The notes below the pieces were generated by a model that was not told where the DNA came from, did no database searches, and saw only the letters and a program-made list of their open reading frames with translations. A stretch of 64,000 bases of DNA from a virus, in the IMG/VR virus record IMGVR_UViG_3300046736_000061, positions 6,495 through 70,494 of that record, one strand, 5' to 3'. Both the position numbers and the translations under genes were made by a program. Of the stretch, positions 56,657 through 64,000 are shown in pieces (the first letter of the stretch is position 1; each line of letters begins with the position of its first letter).

Positions 56657-56986
56657 TTAAATGTTATATCCCGCCCTTAAATTAATCCGCTCGTTAATTG
56701 CTTTCTTAATCATTGTTTTATTATCTGTACGAATAGCCAGCATCAAATTGTGCAAGGTATATGTACTTTTATAGTATATATGATGGGTATGCTTAATGTC
56801 AAATTTTTTAGCGTTTGAAATGATTTTATCCCCTTTGGCAGAGTTTTTGCGGTTAAGGAATGAAATGATCCGTTTAATTTTGAACGCTTTTATCTCCGGT
56901 AAAGACTTCTTTTTCACAATAGGATTTCTTTTCAGAAAGAAATTAAACGCCTTCCAGTTAGTTGTGCGAATTATTTGAGTGGACAT
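56657..56986 (-). CDS. Basic hypothetical protein starting inside palindrome
   Basis: ATG TCC ACT CAA. Confidence 0.6.
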   Translation of the reverse strand: MSTQIIRTTNWKAFNFFLKRNPIVKKKSLPEIKAFKIKRIISFLNRKNSAKGDKIISNAKKFDIKHTHHIYYKSTYTLHNLMLAIRTDNKTMIKKAINERINLRAGYNI

Positions 56987-56991
56987 AATGT

Positions 56992-57450
56992 CTAGTTAAA
57001 TTGCTCGGTCTTTCCATCAGGAAATACTATATGAATTTTCTTGTTTTGCTTTTTAGCGTAACGAACTGTTGACCATGTGCCGCTTCTTATTTTTTCTTCA
57101 AAACCATCAGGGCAAGCAATTAAAACATTTGATAAAAGCACGATGTTTTTATTTCTTTCAAGTGGAGGCTTTATGGGCATTAAATGTTCTATGTCAGATA
57201 TATCCATCGTATATTTTATTATATCAGATGGATGCCCAACTCGAATAATAGACACATTTCCTATATAAGACTTACAAAGTTTATCAAACTGTTCGTCTGC
57301 ACCTATACAACAACCGTGATGTATCGTTGAAGGATGCAGTTTGATAATTAACAATGCAACTGAAACCCTTTGTTCATTAGTCATTCCTTTACGAGTGCCG
57401 GTAAAGCCTACGGTTTCTACTTGAGCGCGTTTTAATTCTTCAATGGACAT
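56992..57450 (-). CDS. SLOG/DprA-like Rossmann-fold protein
   Basis: VGFTGTR, HHGCCIGAD, PLERN..IV, RSGTWSTVRYA. Confidence 0.8.
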   Translation of the reverse strand: MSIEELKRAQVETVGFTGTRKGMTNEQRVSVALLIIKLHPSTIHHGCCIGADEQFDKLCKSYIGNVSIIRVGHPSDIIKYTMDISDIEHLMPIKPPLERNKNIVLLSNVLIACPDGFEEKIRSGTWSTVRYAKKQNKKIHIVFPDGKTEQFN

Positions 57451-57522
57451 AATATCTAGCTATCCTCTTTCGATAAAATCTCCCACGGCAGTTTCCATGC
57501 CAATATAACTTGATTCATTTTT

Positions 57523-58002
57523 TTATAATTTTATTAAAATTTTAAGATTAATATAAAAATAATTTAAAATAAAGATAAATAATAATTCTTCGCTACAATG
57601 AAAATTTCGCGCCGTGATTTGAATTTCTCGTCTTAAATCTTTAACAGACAACTTTCTCCATCGTTTCACTTCTTCTTTTCTGCGAATAACGGGAAATGCC
57701 GTATCAAATAAGCGATTACCAATCTGAACAAATCTTTTAGGTTTAACCATCCTCTCTTCACTTTTTCCAATTATTGCATAAAAAGGCTTAACTGCTATTA
57801 AAGGCTCTTTGTTAAACTCAAGAGAGATAATCATGTTGCGATTAATTATATAAAGAATCTCTCCCGCCGAATACTTTTCTGTGCAAGTTAAGCATAAATT
57901 CAATCGCCATAATTCGGGATTGCCGTCAGGTGGATTATTGAACAGTAAATATAACTTACTTTCGTTATTGTTTAAACTTGAACATACATTACAACTCTTC
58001 AT
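57523..58002 (-). CDS. Hypothetical protein with zinc-finger-like N-terminus
   Basis: CNVC...CLTC. Confidence 0.55.
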   Translation of the reverse strand: MKSCNVCSSLNNNESKLYLLFNNPPDGNPELWRLNLCLTCTEKYSAGEILYIINRNMIISLEFNKEPLIAVKPFYAIIGKSEERMVKPKRFVQIGNRLFDTAFPVIRRKEEVKRWRKLSVKDLRREIQITARNFHCSEELLFIFILNYFYINLKILIKL

Positions 58003-58026
58003 ACTTTAAGTAGACATAATGTCTAG

Positions 58027-58245
58027 TCATTTATTTGAAAGATAATCTTTGACTGCCCTATTCATTCCAGCTTTTACATCTTCTATGTTACTTGGATTGC
58101 TTTGCAGTATTTCATTCACTGTTTTATCTTGAGCAATACCTCTTTTCGCTAAAGATAAGATATCTCCTGTATAGTCTTTTGGTAGTGTTTTTAACAATGC
58201 GCGAGTTGTCATTGCGCCTAATGCTTGTAATTCGTTTTTAGTCAT
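58027..58245 (-). CDS. Hypothetical protein
   Basis: 72 aa. Confidence 0.6.
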   Translation of the reverse strand: MTKNELQALGAMTTRALLKTLPKDYTGDILSLAKRGIAQDKTVNEILQSNPSNIEDVKAGMNRAVKDYLSNK

Positions 58246-58250
58246 ATATT

Positions 58251-58607
58251 TTAAGGAGTTTCCACCACAAAATTCACTTCTGTAAAATCAGACGCAACAG
58301 GAATATCTGACGCTAGCCATCCATAAGCAACTGGATTGAAAAGGAATGTGCGATGTGATGCAGTTGCAAATGTAATTTCACATTGATAAGGCTGGACATT
58401 TTCTACTATATAATAACCTAATCCATTAGTGATCCCAAATGTTGACCAATTACCAAATTCACATTCGCCACTTCCAAAAGCGTGAACTGTTACGTTATTG
58501 ATACCGTTGCCAAACGCGCCGGTTACTCGCCCTGTCATTGTGTATATTTGACCAAACGTACATAATGAACTAAAAAGAATTATTAAAATTAATGTAAGTT
58601 TTTTCAT
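58251..58607 (-). CDS. Secreted protein with carboxypeptidase-regulatory-like (transthyretin-like) domain
   Basis: Signal peptide MKKLTLILIILFSSLCTFGQ; TGRVTGAFGNGINNVTV...TNGLGYYIVENV. Confidence 0.7.
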   Translation of the reverse strand: MKKLTLILIILFSSLCTFGQIYTMTGRVTGAFGNGINNVTVHAFGSGECEFGNWSTFGITNGLGYYIVENVQPYQCEITFATASHRTFLFNPVAYGWLASDIPVASDFTEVNFVVETP

Positions 58608-58614
58608 TTTGTTT

Positions 58615-58872
58615 TTATTCCATGTGTTTTTCTGCAAATTCTAAATCTTCTTCTAAGTTTCGCTTACGCTTTGCAACGACTGGTCGAAATTGTAAAAACC
58701 GAGTCCTTTGTTTCCAAAAACCAGCACCGAATAAAAATGCAATCCACGACAACAACGAATTACACAAAGCAAATTTAATGTCTTTAAACTCTGCATACGC
58801 ACGTCCGTAGGCTAAAATTGCGCCTATAATATAGACAAAAAGAACAAGAAAGAAGGTGGTTAGGTTAGTCAT
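58615..58872 (-). CDS. Two-TM membrane protein
   Basis: Hydrophobic segments; GGAG RBS. Confidence 0.65.
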   Translation of the reverse strand: MTNLTTFFLVLFVYIIGAILAYGRAYAEFKDIKFALCNSLLSWIAFLFGAGFWKQRTRFLQFRPVVAKRKRNLEEDLEFAEKHME

Positions 58873-58915
58873 TATTTATGCTCCGTAGTGAAATTTAAGT
58901 AGACATTATGTCCAG

Positions 58916-59176
58916 TTAAAGATTATTATTTCTATTGGCCTTTAAGAATTTTTCTTTAGAAGGATAATAATATGTATTGTCTTCATTATCTGCGTGTTGA
59001 GGCTCTTCGCACAAAGGCCATACCATCCAGTATAAAATATGTTCGTGTTGGAATTGCTCACCATTAAAATAACTAATAGCTTTATTCATACTACCAACTT
59101 TATTTATATCTCGAATCACAAGATAATAAGTTTTATGTATAGGTAGTTTTTCTTTAATTGATAACCACATTGTCAT
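58916..59176 (-). CDS. DUF551-like protein
   Basis: WLSIKEKLP...ILYWMVWP. Confidence 0.7.
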   Translation of the reverse strand: MTMWLSIKEKLPIHKTYYLVIRDINKVGSMNKAISYFNGEQFQHEHILYWMVWPLCEEPQHADNEDNTYYYPSKEKFLKANRNNNL

Positions 59177-59209
59177 TCTTCTCCTAAGTAGACATTATGT
59201 CTAGTTATT

Positions 59210-59389
59210 TTACGAATCCTCTGAATATATCGTTACGCTCTTTTCTTTTTCGTCGTTGCGTTTATATATTCCACCAACTTTCTTTTTAGCATTAGGTGAA
59301 TACCTATCTTCTGTCTGTAAAACTACTTCTGCGTCATCCATTTCTGGCGGTAATTCGTTAACTATTTTTCTTAAATCCCAAATTGTCAT
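59210..59389 (-). CDS. Small hypothetical protein (59 aa)
   Basis: Hand-translated MTIWDLRKIVNELPPEMDDAEVV...; AGGAG RBS; between two palindrome copies. Confidence 0.7.
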   Translation of the reverse strand: MTIWDLRKIVNELPPEMDDAEVVLQTEDRYSPNAKKKVGGIYKRNDEKEKSVTIYSEDS

Positions 59390-59421
59390 TTAATTCTCCT
59401 TTAAACAGACATTATGTCTAG

Positions 59422-59613
59422 TTATTTTTTGTTATAAGTGAACTTACTTCTATCTTTATCAAACTGTTTCAAAATTAATTTCTTTTCACCTGTTTCAAAA
59501 TAATGCAAAATTGCATCATTCAAATCTTTTTCAAGTCCCATAAAAGACCATCCATGATACTCTCTTCTACGCTCTAATTTTGGATTTATTGTTTTTCCCA
59601 TATTATTCTGCAA
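59422..59613 (-). CDS. Hypothetical protein
   Basis: 63 aa after GGGGAG, downstream of promoter. Confidence 0.6.
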   Translation of the reverse strand: MQNNMGKTINPKLERRREYHGWSFMGLEKDLNDAILHYFETGEKKLILKQFDKDRSKFTYNKK

Positions 59614-59635
59614 GGCTCCCCTTTAATGTAATTAA

Positions 59636-59664
59636 ATTATAGCACATTTTTAGCCAAAATGCAA
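59636..59664 (-). promoter_or_regulatory. sigma70 promoter (leftward)
   Basis: TTGCAT-17 bp-TATAAT with TG extension. Confidence 0.75.
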
Positions 59665-59839
59665 GTATTTATCAGCTAAAAATCAATTTATTTTCTCTGT
59701 TTATCTTTATTTCTAGTGTTTCTTCTACGCCAATAACCTTTTTTCACGCGAATTATTGGTGGTGGATAAAAGGCATTTATATCCGCATTAGAATCTAAAG
59801 CCGGCACATAATACCTAGCTAAACCGATTAAAAACCAAA

Positions 59840-60283
59840 CTAAAAAGACTGCCATATTATCTCCTTATTGTAAAATTCACTTAAAATCTCTGCAACTTGA
59901 CCTTGATTACTCACTCCATGCATATCTAACTCTCCTAAAAACCCCGGTGGCTCGTTATGATAAACCTGATTGGTTATAACCTTATAGTCAAGCGCCGTAG
60001 CCACAATAATTTTACCATAAGAAAGGTAGATAGATAAGTGATTTCCTATTTCGTTCTGTACTTTTCTTTCAAGTTCTGGAATATTCATCTTAAAAATATT
60101 AGAACCACAGGCCACAATTGGTATTCCTTCCTTATTTAGTATGTAACTAAACTGATAAATTGATTTACCGCTATCTACATAGAAGGGTTCTCGATAAAAA
60201 TCATCCCAATCTAATGATAAAAGAGTGTTTTTTGTAGCCCAAATTTGTTTTCCTAAGACTTGTTCTTGTATTGTTTGGCTCAT
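59840..60283 (-). CDS. Hypothetical protein
   Basis: 147 aa. Confidence 0.65.
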   Translation of the reverse strand: MSQTIQEQVLGKQIWATKNTLLSLDWDDFYREPFYVDSGKSIYQFSYILNKEGIPIVACGSNIFKMNIPELERKVQNEIGNHLSIYLSYGKIIVATALDYKVITNQVYHNEPPGFLGELDMHGVSNQGQVAEILSEFYNKEIIWQSF

Positions 60284-60639
60284 TTTTCAAAATACTCCCG
60301 ATCATCAAATTCGTTTTGATTGTTTCCATTTGATATTCTTTGACCAAACTCACCAAAACTAACCTCTACCCACTTCCACGGCGAGCTTCCATCTTCATAG
60401 CAATCTTGTTGCAATCGCTCTATAGTTTTTTGACGTAGCACATCGCCTGTATTACTATCTTCAAAACCTTCTTTACTGCCGTCTGGTGGTAAAACGAATG
60501 ACTGAAAATTATTTATCATTATTTCCGTTCTAATAAATCTATGTGCAGGTAAATTACTTGCAAGCCATTTAGCAAATTCATCAGCTATATTGCTAGACCA
60601 AGTTGTTGCGATGATCGCGTTATGGTTTATTGTGCCCAT
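60280..60639 (-). CDS. Conserved phage hypothetical protein
   Basis: HNAIIAT...PPDGSKEG...WVEVSFGE; AGGAG RBS. Confidence 0.75.
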   Translation of the reverse strand: MGTINHNAIIATTWSSNIADEFAKWLASNLPAHRFIRTEIMINNFQSFVLPPDGSKEGFEDSNTGDVLRQKTIERLQQDCYEDGSSPWKWVEVSFGEFGQRISNGNNQNEFDDREYFEK

Positions 60640-60660
60640 TTTATTTTCTCCTTTTTATTT

Positions 60661-61341
60661 TTAACTAGACATTATGTCTACTTGTGTTTTTAATTTAGCG
60701 GCATATAAATCAATCGTCTTTTGTGCCGCTTTAAGATTCGGCGCTTTACCGCTCTCAATCTGTCTTTCTGCTTTGGCTAATGCTACAGCAAGTTTGTTAA
60801 GACCTGTTTGATAATCTGGCGGCATTACTACTTCTTGCGCTTGCTCGATCATTTTACTAACGGCAGTTCGCATTATACCAATTGGCGACATATCTAAAGT
60901 TAATGATATAGGCTTCGTTTTCTTTTTATAATTATAATCACGTTTCGGCGCAATCTCTATCGCTCTTTCTGCGTCTTCCAGACAGATTTCTATTCTGTTT
61001 TTAATTAACCGAATAAATTTACTGTCAAACTTATAATAAGTACAGCGATATGGTCTGTCTTTACCCATCCTTCTAGCCATAGAAATAACATCAGGATTAA
61101 TCATTATAAATTCTCTTAAACACGCCCTGCCGCGGGACACTGTTTTATATGAATGGTTTTGAAATAAGACAAGTTCCCTATCAGATACGGTAAATTCTTT
61201 GGCGCTAAGTTTAGATAGTCTAAGCAGGATAACTAATAACTCTGGCGCAGAATCTAATAGTTTCCACTTATCATTCAACTCGCGTACCGTATATGCGATT
61301 GCTCTTTCAATTGCTAAGTATTTGTCAAAATCGAATTTCAT
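60661..61341 (-). CDS. Putative winged-HTH DNA-binding protein
   Basis: FTVSDRELVLFQNHSYKTVSRGRACL resembles initiator-type wHTH; last codons VDIMSS-stop are palindrome copy 60673. Confidence 0.5.
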   Translation of the reverse strand: MKFDFDKYLAIERAIAYTVRELNDKWKLLDSAPELLVILLRLSKLSAKEFTVSDRELVLFQNHSYKTVSRGRACLREFIMINPDVISMARRMGKDRPYRCTYYKFDSKFIRLIKNRIEICLEDAERAIEIAPKRDYNYKKKTKPISLTLDMSPIGIMRTAVSKMIEQAQEVVMPPDYQTGLNKLAVALAKAERQIESGKAPNLKAAQKTIDLYAAKLKTQVDIMSS

Positions 61342-61363
61342 ATATTTTAACTAGACATTATGT

Positions 61364-62047
61364 CTACTTATTCGATATTTTGTGTCGAATTTTGATAAAT
61401 TCGTCTACTGGCTTCTTAACTTCTTCTGGTATGATAAATTGAACTCCTTCCATTTTATCATATAATTCCAGAAAAATTTCAAACATAGGCAATAAATGAA
61501 GTTGCCAATGAGATAAAAAAGTATACACCGTGTCCGTTTCGTCTGTGCTGATAGGTAATTCTATTACATCCAATAGATTTTTATAGCGGTGAATTTTAGC
61601 AATATTTCTCGCACCCGCCCAATCGTTATCAGATAAGAAGCGTTTAATGGAAAACTTTTGTTGATTGTTGAGGTTAATAATAAACTTCCAATCCGCACTT
61701 ACAGTTAAATGAAGTTCCAGTACTGAAAATTTACTTAAATTTATACTGACATTCTCGTATTGTGGCAATTCTTTTTTAATTACCTTGATAATAGCCTTAG
61801 TAATAGGCTTATCTTCATATTTATCTTCGAGTAATACGGCTATCGTTTCGTAAAAGTATCTTAATCGTCTTGCGTGTGCTAAGGCGTCCGATAAAGATTT
61901 AGTGGCTTGCACTCTATAATCTTTGATTTTTCTATCAACTGGCGATGTATTTAAGTCAATACATTCTTTACAATTCATATCGCCGCCAATAAAATTATGG
62001 GCATTACAACTTTTTTCCATTTGACCTCTGAACGTTTCGGTTATCAT
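61364..62047 (-). CDS. Hypothetical protein
   Basis: 227 aa, AGGAG RBS, bounded by palindrome copies. Confidence 0.7.
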   Translation of the reverse strand: MITETFRGQMEKSCNAHNFIGGDMNCKECIDLNTSPVDRKIKDYRVQATKSLSDALAHARRLRYFYETIAVLLEDKYEDKPITKAIIKVIKKELPQYENVSINLSKFSVLELHLTVSADWKFIINLNNQQKFSIKRFLSDNDWAGARNIAKIHRYKNLLDVIELPISTDETDTVYTFLSHWQLHLLPMFEIFLELYDKMEGVQFIIPEEVKKPVDEFIKIRHKISNK

Positions 62048-62085
62048 TTTATTTTCTCCTTAATTTAAGTAGACATAATGTCTAG

Positions 62086-62280
62086 TTATTTGAATCCCGC
62101 CTCTCGTAGTAATCTATTTAATTCGCCTACGAACTCATTAAAAGCGTGTCCGTTATTTGAGATAAAGTGATCGCGTTTATCGTCAGGTACAAGGTTTAAT
62201 AACCAGCCGAGTTCTGTATCTAATCGCAACGCTTCTTCTGGTGTCATTTCAACCGCAATTTTTGTAGACGTTCCTTTCAT
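62086..62280 (-). CDS. Hypothetical protein
   Basis: 64 aa, AGGAG RBS, bounded by palindrome copies. Confidence 0.7.
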   Translation of the reverse strand: MKGTSTKIAVEMTPEEALRLDTELGWLLNLVPDDKRDHFISNNGHAFNEFVGELNRLLREAGFK

Positions 62281-62311
62281 TTTATTCTCCTGTTTTAAGT
62301 GGACATAATGT

Positions 62312-62923
62312 CTAGTTATTTCTTTCTATCCAATAACCTTCTTTTACGTTACGGTTCGGATAAATCGCTTCTGCCCAATAATGAACACGTCCGATATTAG
62401 AAACGAATTGATTATCGAATTGATCGACCTTATAAAGCTGTATAACTTCCCCTGCGTGTTCGCACATTGCTTTCATTGTTAAACTATTAATCGCGATAGT
62501 GTCAAAAAGTTTATATCCTTTATTGCGTAGCTTGGCACATAGCAAGGCATAGTTTCGAGCGTCTTCTGGTTTGTCAATCGAATAACGATAAGCAAACATT
62601 TTCGCTTCCTCAAATGGTTCGTTTTCAAAACTAGCGAACGCGCAATATAAAAGTGAATTACCGCAATTTTTACAATTGCAATAAATTTCTCTAATGTGAT
62701 TTGTGCCGTGATCTTCGTTATTACCACAAGCGGGACAGTAATACGGGCGCATTTTGTATTGTCGATTATTTGTGCAACTATCTTCGTGTCTTACTCCACC
62801 GTCTGAAATAACCGTACATTTTGAACAGTCTATACATAAAACCGTTCCTTCTGCCAGTAAATGAGATTTATCATAACCTCGTAACAGTGCCGTTTTCAAT
62901 TCGTCTTGTTTGTTGTATGTCAT
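62312..62923 (-). CDS. Zinc-binding hypothetical protein
   Basis: CIDCSKC, CPACG, CKNCG; bounded by palindrome copies. Confidence 0.7.
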   Translation of the reverse strand: MTYNKQDELKTALLRGYDKSHLLAEGTVLCIDCSKCTVISDGGVRHEDSCTNNRQYKMRPYYCPACGNNEDHGTNHIREIYCNCKNCGNSLLYCAFASFENEPFEEAKMFAYRYSIDKPEDARNYALLCAKLRNKGYKLFDTIAINSLTMKAMCEHAGEVIQLYKVDQFDNQFVSNIGRVHYWAEAIYPNRNVKEGYWIERNN

Positions 62924-62961
62924 TTTGTTTCTCCTTAAAAATAGGTGGACATTATGTCTAG

Positions 62962-63963
62962 TTAAACAGACCTTACATCAAATGCTTTTAACCCATTAAT
63001 AGGCCATTCATTACAACGAACGGTCTTTTTATGCGGTTCTCCAAACGGTATTTCGTCGCGATTTGTATATAGCTTTTTACTATACAGACCGGAAAACTCC
63101 ATTCTACCAAACGCTTTGCTACTTTCTATACGAACATAGTAATAACAAGCGCCGCCAAGTTTTGAATGTGAAGAGATTTTCACTCCTACTAATTGGGGAT
63201 GATAAGAAAATGGTTCAGAAGATATAGTCTTTTCTAATTCTAATTGTTTATTTTTCAATTCTATCTCTTTCTTTTCTCTTTCAGTTTGAGATTCTTTTGC
63301 TTTTTCGTCGCGTTCTAAGTCTTCATATTTTTGCGCTAACCTTAATTCCATTAATTGATCTTCGTCTATAAATAACATAGCACAAGCCAACGCCTCAAAA
63401 TCGCATCCGAATATAGCGCGAACGTTTAAATCAAGATAAATACATAGGCCAAAATACGGATGATTTACTTTATACAAACCGGCATTGCCCCAAAAATCAC
63501 ATAATTTTATTGCTTCGGCCTTCTTTTGCAAGTCTGTAAGCACATCCTGATAATTTTCTTTAGTGATAGGTTTCATAATTTGAAACGAATCACCGCGAGA
63601 ATCTCGATAAAATCGCCAATCTGTATTCTTGATAAGCCTTGCGAGTGCGTATTTTTTCTTTACGTCGATAGCAGAATAGAGAATTTCAATTGATCCATTC
63701 TGATTTTGGATGACGTTTTTATAACCGGCTATGCGCGGGGCGTCGATTTTTCCAAATTCACCGTGAATAGTTAAACAAGTTTTGTAGTGATAGATGGGAA
63801 TTGTGCAAGCAATTTGACTAATTAACTCGCTTGTCACATCGCCGTTTTCGATTGAATGAATAACAGATTGCGGTATGATTTTGCTACTGCGATTAATTTT
63901 CTTAGGTGTATCATACCGGCCTATCGGTGTATTTATTAATGTTTCTAATTTTTCGATTGCCAT
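62962..63963 (-). CDS. Hypothetical protein
   Basis: 333 aa, GGAG RBS, bounded by palindrome copies. Confidence 0.75.
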   Translation of the reverse strand: MAIEKLETLINTPIGRYDTPKKINRSSKIIPQSVIHSIENGDVTSELISQIACTIPIYHYKTCLTIHGEFGKIDAPRIAGYKNVIQNQNGSIEILYSAIDVKKKYALARLIKNTDWRFYRDSRGDSFQIMKPITKENYQDVLTDLQKKAEAIKLCDFWGNAGLYKVNHPYFGLCIYLDLNVRAIFGCDFEALACAMLFIDEDQLMELRLAQKYEDLERDEKAKESQTEREKKEIELKNKQLELEKTISSEPFSYHPQLVGVKISSHSKLGGACYYYVRIESSKAFGRMEFSGLYSKKLYTNRDEIPFGEPHKKTVRCNEWPINGLKAFDVRSV

Positions 63964-64000
63964 TTTATTTTCTCCAAAAATATTTAAGTGGACATTATGT

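Larger units (their letters stand above)
37..64000. repeat. Dispersed 21-23 bp quasi-palindrome (T)AASTRGACAT-W-ATGTCYASTT(A), about 60 copies, mostly at gene junctions
   Basis: Manually located centres: 48,160,1285,2141,3760,5009,5731,7749,9570,10374,12096,13876,15080,18104,19740(split),20682,25565,25620,27396,30159,31744(degenerate),33381,33835,34374,36670,38291(degenerate),39261,39967,41482,42902,43442,44360(half),45686,46312,47314,47823,48784,49652,50290,51180,51406,51565,51864,52581,53321,54237,55395,55779,56115,56987,57451,58018,58907,59196,59413,60673,61359,62077,62307,62953,63996(truncated). Confidence 0.98.

Noticed and set aside
201-63963. Stop-codon reassignment
   Set aside because: Long genes are intact under the standard code, and TAG, TGA and TAA all end genes at sensible boundaries.
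37-64000. The repeat as a CRISPR array
   Set aside because: Spacing ranges from 55 bp to several kb and the intervals are genes; no constant-length spacers or cas genes. The PD-(D/E)XK nuclease near ERF/SSB fits phage recombination.
37-64000. The repeat as an intrinsic terminator
   Set aside because: AT-rich mismatched stem with no consistent U tract; occurs within operons and coding sequence; separate GC-rich terminators exist (e.g. 18152).
1-64000. Integrase, transposase or IS element explaining the repeats
   Set aside because: No tyrosine/serine recombinase, DDE or HUH motifs recognised in any ORF; one could lie outside the window or among the hypothetical proteins.

Overview
The window is 64 kb of an AT-rich tailed dsDNA phage genome with a long non-contractile-tail gene set. 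The + strand (about 0.2-33.3 kb) carries an ECF sigma factor, holin-like genes, terminase, portal, protease, HK97-type capsid, head-tail genes, an Ig-decorated tail protein, tape measure, tail spike and hub. The - strand (about 33.4-64 kb) carries small early/DNA-metabolism genes (DinG, MazG-like, ThyX, SSB, ERF, nucleases, a methylase) and an endolysin/spanin block, interrupted by a 3-gene + strand island with a second methylase. No integrase, DNA polymerase, CRISPR array or tRNA was recognised. The dominant unexplained signal is a 21-23 bp quasi-palindrome, (T)AASTRGACAT-W-ATGTCYASTT(A), found about 60 times by manual count. It sits at most gene junctions, supplies stop and start codons, persists inside coding sequence in different frames, and is never perfectly symmetric. 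One copy is split at its centre by a 19-bp insertion belonging to a second covarying hairpin family. Other candidates: a degenerate ATPase-only terminase paralog, a sigma/zinc-ribbon fusion, several structured non-coding RNAs, a +1 tail-chaperone frameshift and a possible Acidobacteria host (inference). All protein calls are motif recognition by eye; no database search was run.
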